Source of the DNA: a virus
IMG/VR virus record: IMGVR_UViG_3300021255_005217
Direction: 5' to 3' (one strand)
Length of the DNA stretch: 64,000 bases
The notes beneath the pieces were generated by a model. The model was not told where the DNA came from. It saw nothing but the letters and a program-made list of their open reading frames with translations, and searched no databases. Made by a program: the position numbers and the translations under genes. Numbering within the stretch: position 1 is the stretch's first letter; the number at the start of each line of letters is the position of its first letter. Shown piece by piece: positions 57,192 to 64,000 of the stretch.

Positions 57192-57475
57192 TATTCTGCC
57201 TCCGACAATTTTGACAGGATGTTGTGAATTCCCTGAATCTCATATGGTCCACCTTCCTGAAGCTGCTCAACTTCAATTGTGTAAGTGAAGACTGGACGAG
57301 CATTTTCTGTTCCAATGACAACAAAGTCTGGAACTCCATTTTTCTGGAAATACAATTCAACTACATTTGCATTATCAGTTTTAAAAACTGAGTCTTTCGG
57401 AAACACTTTACAAAGAATATCATAGAGTGTTTCATCATCATGTTTCTTCGCATAGTCTGTGAAACTAATGGCCAT
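57191..57475 (-). CDS. hypothetical protein (94 aa)
   Basis: ORF, ATG/stop overlap with neighbours. Confidence 0.4.
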   Translation of the reverse strand: MAISFTDYAKKHDDETLYDILCKVFPKDSVFKTDNANVVELYFQKNGVPDFVVIGTENARPVFTYTIEVEQLQEGGPYEIQGIHNILSKLSEAE

Positions 57476-57777
57476 TATGCAGCCTCCTGAGCATCAAGAA
57501 TGTCAACAAGATGAATGATTTTGCGAACCATAACCATATCTTCAGCAGAAACTTTCCATGAGTCAACTGAGCTGTCAAGCCAAAGCATTCCAGCATGGTT
57601 TGCAATGTCTTCAGCATAGTACGAACCAGTTGTTATCTGGCACTTAATTCCACACATTTCATCAAAGTCGTAAGACTTGTCGCCAAACACAATGATATTT
57701 TTTCCGTTGTATTCGCTTTTCTTAAAACCTACAACCCATTTGTCAGAAATATTGTATGAAGTGAAGAACTGTGCCAT
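57475..57777 (-). CDS. hypothetical protein (100 aa)
   Basis: SD aaggagtttta; preceded by promoter copy 6. Confidence 0.45.
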   Translation of the reverse strand: MAQFFTSYNISDKWVVGFKKSEYNGKNIIVFGDKSYDFDEMCGIKCQITTGSYYAEDIANHAGMLWLDSSVDSWKVSAEDMVMVRKIIHLVDILDAQEAA

Positions 57778-57805
57778 AATAAAACTCCTTAGTGTTTGAT
57801 GTTGA

Positions 57806-57850
57806 TTTACGGATATAATATATGAAAAGTTTAGTCTTTGTTCAAAAATT
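57806..57850 (-). promoter_or_regulatory. conserved sigmaA-type promoter copy 6
   Basis: TTGAAC-N17-TATATT-ATATCCGTAAAT. Confidence 0.55.
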
Positions 57851-58252
57851 TTCTTCCCAAAAACCCAACTTCTTCAAGGTTTCTTCCATGTCTATGTCTG
57901 AGTAATATTTCTTCCAAGTTTGGTAAGCATTCAAAGGTTTTTCAGGTTTAGTGAAGCGAGCGCTTTCCCAGTCAACCGCTGCTTCTACCTGATTTTTGAT
58001 AAATCTTCCAGCAGGCTGAACCTTAGACCATTTATGCATTCCATCATCATAATAAACTCTAATGTGTCTCATATGAGCATGATGACTTGAGAACTTACGA
58101 TGAATTTTAGTTGCAATTTTGTCACCAAAAATTGCAATGTTAATCATCTTCACGAAATCATGAAGTGGGAAAGAGTAACCGTGCTCTTTAGCAATCTTTT
58201 GGACGACTGCGCGATGCTTTATGGTTTTCTTGATTTCGTCTATTCTGTTCAC
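57842..58252 (-). CDS. hypothetical protein (136 aa)
   Basis: ORF. Confidence 0.4.
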   Translation of the reverse strand: MNRIDEIKKTIKHRAVVQKIAKEHGYSFPLHDFVKMINIAIFGDKIATKIHRKFSSHHAHMRHIRVYYDDGMHKWSKVQPAGRFIKNQVEAAVDWESARFTKPEKPLNAYQTWKKYYSDIDMEETLKKLGFWEENF

Positions 58253-58673
58253 GATGTTCCTCTTTTATCAGTTTCTTTTGTCTTCGTATCTCATCCTCAA
58301 CAAGTTTGACGAGTTTGCGGAAGTACATAAGATATGCATAATATTTTTGATAATTATACAAGTCTTCCTCTTCTTCCCAAAAATGATAGCCGCCAGGAGA
58401 ATACGAAACATATTTATTTATGTCCAACGGATTTTTGCCAATCCGTTTCAAGTCGCTTTTTAAATCAGCAATTTGTTTGTAATATGCATTTGCTTTATTC
58501 TGAAGAAACTCGAGATTACGCAGCCTCTCGCTCATAGGCATTGAACCAGAACTCCGCGCCTTCAAAATCTTCTTTGCCACACTCAATTCTGCACTCATAA
58601 AAACCAGTTTCCTCCAATTTAAAAACTCCGAGTTTTTTATATTCAGGATGCATACAATCAGCAAGTTCAACAA
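58188..58673 (-). CDS. hypothetical basic protein (161 aa)
   Basis: ORF. Confidence 0.35.
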   Translation of the reverse strand: MLNLLIVCILNIKNSEFLNWRKLVFMSAELSVAKKILKARSSGSMPMSERLRNLEFLQNKANAYYKQIADLKSDLKRIGKNPLDINKYVSYSPGGYHFWEEEEDLYNYQKYYAYLMYFRKLVKLVEDEIRRQKKLIKEEHREQNRRNQENHKASRSRPKDC

Positions 58674-58788
58674 TAACTGAAGCTTTTCCTTCTTTTACGA
58701 TTTTTGTTATTCTTTCAGGGAAAAACATTCCATAAAGCGTTCCAACAACAAGTTCTTCGCGTTTGAAGTCAAGCTTTCCTTTAGCCAT
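58516..58788 (-). CDS. hypothetical protein (90 aa)
   Basis: SD aagaggagacc; preceded by promoter copy 7. Confidence 0.4.
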   Translation of the reverse strand: MAKGKLDFKREELVVGTLYGMFFPERITKIVKEGKASVIVELADCMHPEYKKLGVFKLEETGFYECRIECGKEDFEGAEFWFNAYEREAA

Positions 58789-58800
58789 TGTGGTCTCCTC

Positions 58801-58845
58801 TTACAAATATAATATATGAAAAAGATTAATTAAATTCAAAAAATT
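58801..58845 (-). promoter_or_regulatory. conserved sigmaA-type promoter copy 7 (in divergent region)
   Basis: TTGAAT-N17-TATATT-ATATTTGTAAG. Confidence 0.5.
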
Positions 58846-58863
58846 TATATTAATATATTATAT

Positions 58864-59628
58864 ATGGATTTGATTGATTACGAAGAAGACGACCGCCCTG
58901 AAGTTGATGACGCAACTGAAGTCGAGTGGGAAGGCTCATTAGAAGATAAACCTGAAATTGAACAGACACTTTACAAACTTCAAGAAGCATGGTACAAAGA
59001 AAAAGACGATAAACAGAAAATAAACATTTGGACAAAGATGTATGGTTTTGTTCAGACATATGCTCGTTCAATGGTTTTGCAGAAATTGAAGCATAAAAAG
59101 TTTTTGTCTCCAGACATTATTGATGACTACACAAGTGACTCATCACTTCGTTTTATGTCACAATATTTGTATCGTCGTAATTTTAAATGTGGAACGTCAT
59201 TCGGTAAAATGATTAACTACAAAGTTCTTGAAGCTGTTTATGGTGAAAAAGAAGAAGACAAAACTCTTTCTTTAATTCTTGATACAGACTCATCTGAATT
59301 GGACTTATTGAGCATTGCTGACAAAGCAGACATTAAGCCTATTCTTTCGCAAGACTATGACCATTTTGAAGATATGTTCAAAAACACATTTGAAGACATT
59401 GTTGAAGAAGTTTTGCATGAATTGGATGAAGAACTTGAACAAGTTTGTGGTGGTGACATTATCAAAATGAAGTGTCGCTTTTACATCAATTTGATTTTCA
59501 AAAAGCCAAAGAACAGACACATCAAAAGTCAATTTATTAAAATGTGTTGCTCTAATAAAAAAGAAATTGATATGGTTAATCTCATCGAACTTGAGCTTTT
59601 GGATAGACTTAAACGTGCATCCAACTAA
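58864..59628 (+). CDS. hypothetical acidic protein (254 aa)
   Basis: ORF. Confidence 0.45.
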   Translation: MDLIDYEEDDRPEVDDATEVEWEGSLEDKPEIEQTLYKLQEAWYKEKDDKQKINIWTKMYGFVQTYARSMVLQKLKHKKFLSPDIIDDYTSDSSLRFMSQYLYRRNFKCGTSFGKMINYKVLEAVYGEKEEDKTLSLILDTDSSELDLLSIADKADIKPILSQDYDHFEDMFKNTFEDIVEEVLHELDEELEQVCGGDIIKMKCRFYINLIFKKPKNRHIKSQFIKMCCSNKKEIDMVNLIELELLDRLKRASN

Positions 59629-59634
59629 ATAATT

Positions 59635-60078
59635 ATGTTTTTAACAACGAATGAACTTGGACTAGAAGACTTTTTGAAGGCAATTTCTTTTATTCCTCCA
59701 AAAGGTACAACAGTAGAATATTTTATCTCGCCTAAAGCAATCAATGGTGAAACAACTGGTTTCACTCAAGAAGCAAAAAAAGAGTTTGATGATAATACAG
59801 TTACATATCAGCGTGTTGACCCAGCTACAAAAATTGTTCAAGGTGACACACCAGCTGATTATGCTAATATTACGCCTTCAGAGATGCCTTCAACTGGGCC
59901 AAAAGTTCCAGTTATTCCGCAATCAACACCAATCGAAGCTTTAGAGTGTCCTTATGCTAAAGTTTTGTCTGATGACGAACTTGGCACTGATGTCATTTTG
60001 ACAGAAAGTTTCGGACCATTCTATAAAAACACACTATTCCATTGTTTAAAGGAGAATAACGTAAATGGCATCAATTAA
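59635..60078 (+). CDS. hypothetical protein (147 aa)
   Basis: ORF. Confidence 0.45.
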   Translation: MFLTTNELGLEDFLKAISFIPPKGTTVEYFISPKAINGETTGFTQEAKKEFDDNTVTYQRVDPATKIVQGDTPADYANITPSEMPSTGPKVPVIPQSTPIEALECPYAKVLSDDELGTDVILTESFGPFYKNTLFHCLKENNVNGIN

Positions 60079-60236
60079 GTCAATTCAATTTCAATGTCCA
60101 AAATGTAAATTTCAGTGGACTATCAGAGTTCCAAGTACAACAGCAGTTACGGCACGTCAGAGATGCCCATCTTGTAAGAAATATTCTGAGAATTGTCTCA
60201 AACCTTACAACCCTTGGGCAAGTCACACTAAGTAAT
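60066..60236 (+). CDS. small zinc-ribbon protein (~56 aa, CxxC...CxxC)
   Basis: MASIKSIQFQCPKCKFQW...CPSCKKY; below ORF-track cutoff. Confidence 0.35.
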
Positions 60237-60238
60237 AT

Positions 60239-60439
60239 ATGACTGTTACATATTTTTGCAAATCATGCAATAGAGAAATTAAAAAAGACTATACAACAAA
60301 ACCAGACTTTTCAATATCTTGCCCATTTTGTGGTAAAAATGCTTCACGACATTTTGGGCAAGTAACTACAACAAAAGAAGACCCGTCTGTATCAGGAGCA
60401 ATTCAAATGATGCTCTATTCGCAAAGACCTTCAAAATAA
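60239..60439 (+). CDS. small zinc-ribbon protein (66 aa, CxxC...CxxC)
   Basis: CKSCNREIKK...CPFCGKNASRHF; tandem to previous zinc-ribbon ORF. Confidence 0.4.
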   Translation: MTVTYFCKSCNREIKKDYTTKPDFSISCPFCGKNASRHFGQVTTTKEDPSVSGAIQMMLYSQRPSK

Positions 60440-60457
60440 TCTGCAACTAATTATTTC

Positions 60458-61552
60458 ATGAGCAAACTTGACACACTTTTGGAAAAATATACTGAAGTAG
60501 AAGACTTCAGCTTTAATTTTAATAGAGATTTCAATGAAGTTTTACGCCAAATTGAAGAGCTTTCTTTTTTGGCAGAAATCGACAGAGATAATTATTACCT
60601 CACATTTTTAGAGCAAATTTTTGTAAAAGAAGACGGAAAATGGAAGCTCGTAAATCTTGATGATGCACAACGTGAAGAGTTCTACACGAAAGGATACGTC
60701 AGCACTTATCCAAATGGATTTAGAATTGCATGTACACTCCACATGTACATAAACTCAATTGAAGGATATGTTCAGACATTTGTATCACGTGAAATCATTA
60801 AAGAAATTAAAGACCCAAAAGATGACTATGGCACAGTTTTCACAGAATACCATAAAAGTACTGTAAATCGTCCATTTGAAAAAAGTGAGTTTGTTATAAA
60901 AGACTTAGAAGATGGCAATCCTGCAAAAGAAGTTTTCACTAAGCTCTTAAAAGCATTTAAAGTTTCAAAAACTAATAAACTTGACGTAAGTAATTTTGAC
61001 TTGAAAGTTTATCAAGATGTTTCTATGTATTGGGGAAATCTTAACAATAAGTCTCATCTTATTGATGATGAGCTTCAAGAGTCTGCTGCTCCAGAACGTG
61101 TTGATATTCCTGCAAAATATAAAAAATACAGCATAGACCTTGATAAAGAACTATATAAAGCTATTCATGGCACATGCTTCAGTTCAGTTGACTATTATAC
61201 AAATGGTTATGTAAAAGAGTGTAATTCTTATAATGAAGCTGCTGGAATTATTTTCTCATTGGTTGACTATATCAACGAAGGTAAGGTTGAGATGAAAGTT
61301 CATCCTGAATATGATAAACAGCATATTGACTTCCTTGAAAAACACTATTTCTCAAATATGTGGCCAGTCGCTGAAAGTGAAGAAGAAGCTAATGAACTTT
61401 CTAAAGAACTTACAAAATATGAAGTTGCTGTTACACGCTTCCAAGATGAGATTATTTTCAAACTTGAAGTTTGGGAATACGGAATTGTTTATGTCATAAC
61501 AAATGCTCATGATAACAGAACAATTGATATGCGTCCTAGAAAGAGGGTATAA
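60458..61552 (+). CDS. hypothetical protein (364 aa)
   Basis: ORF. Confidence 0.5.
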   Translation: MSKLDTLLEKYTEVEDFSFNFNRDFNEVLRQIEELSFLAEIDRDNYYLTFLEQIFVKEDGKWKLVNLDDAQREEFYTKGYVSTYPNGFRIACTLHMYINSIEGYVQTFVSREIIKEIKDPKDDYGTVFTEYHKSTVNRPFEKSEFVIKDLEDGNPAKEVFTKLLKAFKVSKTNKLDVSNFDLKVYQDVSMYWGNLNNKSHLIDDELQESAAPERVDIPAKYKKYSIDLDKELYKAIHGTCFSSVDYYTNGYVKECNSYNEAAGIIFSLVDYINEGKVEMKVHPEYDKQHIDFLEKHYFSNMWPVAESEEEANELSKELTKYEVAVTRFQDEIIFKLEVWEYGIVYVITNAHDNRTIDMRPRKRV

Positions 61553-61554
61553 TA

Positions 61555-61782
61555 TTGGCTGAGTCACGTCTTTTTGAAAGTATCTTAGAAAGTGAAAATG
61601 TTCCACCTTGCCCATTATTTGACTTGGATGACGGTTGGTATGGGCTTGATGGTAAGTTTAAGAAATTTTACAAGCCTGATATGACATACGACATGAAAGA
61701 CGATGCTATCACAAAAGAAGAAAATATAATGCCAGACAGAATGAAAACTTGGAACACAAAAGTTTATCCATCACGAGTTTAA
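61555..61782 (+). CDS. hypothetical protein (75 aa)
   Basis: ORF followed by terminator. Confidence 0.35.
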   Translation: MAESRLFESILESENVPPCPLFDLDDGWYGLDGKFKKFYKPDMTYDMKDDAITKEENIMPDRMKTWNTKVYPSRV

Positions 61783-61817
61783 TAAAAAGCCGCTCAAAAG
61801 AGCGGCTTTTATTTTTA
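61783..61817. terminator. bidirectional intrinsic terminator (aaagccgctc-aaaag-agcggcttt flanked by A- and T-tracts)
   Basis: between convergent genes 61555..61782 (+) and 61815..63746 (-). Confidence 0.75.
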
Positions 61818-63746
61818 TGCAATCTTTTTTAAGAATCCATTCAATTCTTCAGCTGTTCCACCAAAAATTAAGCGCCATTCATCTTTTGTAAGTGTTGACA
61901 TTTTACCGATATTCTGAATACATTGGCCTTTCGTTTTCAATGCTTCAAGCTGCAAATTATCTATACAGTTTTCATAGCACATATTATAGTAACGTGTTTC
62001 TTCTGTTTGTCCAATTCTATGAATACGTCCACGAGCTTGTTCATATATAATTCCAGACCAATAACGCTCATAAAAAATTGCTGCTTTACATTCAGTCAAT
62101 GTGAATGAAGTATTTGCGATCATAATAGACGCAATTAAAACTTTCTCACTAGACTTTTTGAAGTCTTCAACAATCTTAAAGCGCTCAGACTCTTCAATAT
62201 CAGAAGACAGGATGAATGCATTTGGGTAAATTTTTTTAAGTTTTTCCATTGTCAATGGGTGATAATAGAAAACTATAACTTTATTGCCCATTTCTTCACA
62301 TTCATATTCGAGAATATTTTCCAATGCTTTGATTTTATTAAAGTGCTTCAAATAATCAAAATCATTTAATGCATTTACAAAGTCTATTTTCATCTTTGTG
62401 TCAATATTCAAAGCAGAGATTGTGTCCATAACTTTTGAGCCAATAATAGACTCTGGATTATCGACTGCCATTTGTAAAACTTGGAATGTATTTAAAAGTT
62501 CATTTACAACGCCAGTGTTTTTCTCTTGGTTTCTTTTCTTAATAATTTCAAGCGTAATATTTGAGAAAATCTCATAAATTCTTCTTTGCTGTGGTGACAT
62601 TTCAACCATTATGAGGTCCATATCAATTGCAGGTGGAAGTCCTAATAAGCTTTTCTCACGAGTTGAAACATATGTTTCGCCTAATGCATGCTGTAATGCT
62701 GCCCATTTTCCCCAGTTCCAAGTAGACTTATTTGGAGCATATCTTGAAAATCGAGTTCCAAGCTCACAATATAATTGCAACCAATCTTGGTATGAAAGGC
62801 CTTTTACAAGAGCATTATCAAGAATACGTAATGTTGGATAAAAGTTTTCTTCTACATCATTTGGAGTTGCTGAAAATAGATAACGATATTTCCAAAACTT
62901 CAAATTCATTATAAGAGCATCACCACGCTGTGAACCATGCTTTCCAGAAAGATGGCATTCATCTAAAAAGACTATTCCTTCTTTATCACCGTACCATTCT
63001 TTCAGTGGTAATGAAGACTTTCTATAGCGAACTTTTTTAGTATGCTTTTTTCCATTTTCATCGGTTACAACTTTCTTTTCACGTTTATTTACAATTTTGT
63101 CATAATAATCATTTATCGAACGGAATGAGTCATAACCCATAATAATAATGTCATAGTCATCATTGCTGAAAATTGCTCTGTCTTTTTTCAAGTCTGTTAC
63201 AGATGCAACGACTAATGTTCGTGACTCGTCATAATTTTTAATGAACTTCTTAAGCTCACCATTCAAGTTCATAATACCAATTGATGAAGTTAGGATAATT
63301 GCTTTGTGAACTTCTCCAATTTTACGTAATTCTTCTAATGTCGCTGCAAGAGCCCATGACTTTCCAGTTCCTGTGTCCCATTTGAAAAGCATTGAAGTTT
63401 GGTTAATTGCTCTGTTTACATCTACTCTTTGAAAGTCATATTTTGGTGGGGAATTGAGAACATCATCATCATAATGACGACGCTCAGAACGTTTCATAAT
63501 TTTATGAAAGTCTGAGATATTATCGATGTACTGGTTGATTTGAAGTTTGTCATATTCTGAAAGCTGAACTCCAAACTGGTGAAATTCTGCTAAGACTTCT
63601 TCGTATTTTCCTGGTGATATTGTCCATGCCTTTTTAGAAGGCGAATAAATCATTTTCATATCACGGCAAGTTTCAAGCTGCTCTGAAAAACGAGCACCGC
63701 CACAAGTCACATATAACAATCCATCTTCAAACTCAACTTTAACCAT
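61815..63746 (-). CDS. SNF2/DEAH-family superfamily-2 helicase (DNA-dependent ATPase)
   Basis: Walker A DTGTGKSWA, DEAH-box FLDECHLSG, motif VI QARGRIHRIGQ. Confidence 0.7.
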   Translation of the reverse strand: MVKVEFEDGLLYVTCGGARFSEQLETCRDMKMIYSPSKKAWTISPGKYEEVLAEFHQFGVQLSEYDKLQINQYIDNISDFHKIMKRSERRHYDDDVLNSPPKYDFQRVDVNRAINQTSMLFKWDTGTGKSWALAATLEELRKIGEVHKAIILTSSIGIMNLNGELKKFIKNYDESRTLVVASVTDLKKDRAIFSNDDYDIIIMGYDSFRSINDYYDKIVNKREKKVVTDENGKKHTKKVRYRKSSLPLKEWYGDKEGIVFLDECHLSGKHGSQRGDALIMNLKFWKYRYLFSATPNDVEENFYPTLRILDNALVKGLSYQDWLQLYCELGTRFSRYAPNKSTWNWGKWAALQHALGETYVSTREKSLLGLPPAIDMDLIMVEMSPQQRRIYEIFSNITLEIIKKRNQEKNTGVVNELLNTFQVLQMAVDNPESIIGSKVMDTISALNIDTKMKIDFVNALNDFDYLKHFNKIKALENILEYECEEMGNKVIVFYYHPLTMEKLKKIYPNAFILSSDIEESERFKIVEDFKKSSEKVLIASIMIANTSFTLTECKAAIFYERYWSGIIYEQARGRIHRIGQTEETRYYNMCYENCIDNLQLEALKTKGQCIQNIGKMSTLTKDEWRLIFGGTAEELNGFLKKIA

Positions 63747-63990
63747 AACACCTAATTTGTCCTAATTCAACTGCTTCATTACACGTCGCTTTCGTCACTT
63801 TTCCGAAAAGATTTTTGATATTTGTAATATCAAACTCACTTACTGTAATTGAAGAAATAGACTTAATAAAGTCTTCAGCTTCTTTTATAGTTAGTTCAAT
63901 GCTATCATCATAAAGAACTGACTCATCCTTATATTCTGTAGGCAACATTTTTATGAAGTCATCAATTGTGATGCCTTTAATATTGTACAA
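63739..63990 (-). CDS. hypothetical protein (N-terminus beyond window end)
   Basis: ORF running off the window; overlaps helicase gene start. Confidence 0.3.
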   Translation of the reverse strand: MYNIKGITIDDFIKMLPTEYKDESVLYDDSIELTIKEAEDFIKSISSITVSEFDITNIKNLFGKVTKATCNEAVELGQIRCYG

Positions 63991-64000
63991 AATATAGTCA

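Noticed and set aside
1-64000. CRISPR arrays, integrases, transposases, prophage att sites
   Set aside because: No short direct-repeat/spacer arrays and no recombinase or transposase motifs were seen; region looks like a lytic phage genome segment.

Overview
This window reads as part of the genome of a large virulent bacteriophage, and all calls below come from reading the sequence by eye, with no database search. It is AT-rich, has strong Shine-Dalgarno sites, and carries at least 12 clean intrinsic terminators, which suggests a host that uses SD sequences and rho-independent termination (Firmicutes-like rather than Bacteroidetes). No integrase, transposase or CRISPR array was seen.

The first ~4.3 kb is a tRNA gene cluster of at least 11 tRNAs, several non-canonical. 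Two paralogous homing-endonuclease-like genes (N-terminal C2HC/C2H2 zinc fingers plus a C-terminal DUF559/Vsr-like nuclease fold) and an orphan zinc-finger fragment are interleaved with it. A T4-Pnk-like polynucleotide kinase domain and a minimal nucleotidyltransferase lie alongside.

The rest is densely packed with phage genes. The structural and late-type block includes:
- a highly expressed 607-aa probable major virion protein;
- a 2356-aa giant structural or fibre protein;
- an AAA+ ATPase;
- a membrane GGDEF diguanylate cyclase.

The DNA and nucleotide metabolism genes include:
- a RecA/UvsX-like recombinase and a clamp-like protein;
- a truncated NAD-dependent DNA ligase and an SNF2/DEAH helicase;
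- a dCMP deaminase and a ThyX-like protein whose RHR motif is degenerate;
- an N6-adenine/N4-cytosine-type DNA methyltransferase;
- an MBL/beta-CASP RNase-J-like nuclease.

The host-takeover-type genes include:
- ribosomal protein S21 and a GroEL chaperonin;
- a flotillin/SPFH protein;
- a sigma-factor-like region inside a 627-aa protein.

Two paralogous radical-SAM enzymes are present, one next to a PD-(D/E)xK nuclease.

Seven copies of a strongly conserved sigmaA-type promoter (TTGAAY-N17-TATATT plus a conserved ATATCCGTAAC start region) all drive minus-strand genes. A ~63-bp element occurs twice in inverted orientation, each copy just upstream of a small gene. It is best explained as a regulatory leader or promoter; a recombination site is not excluded.
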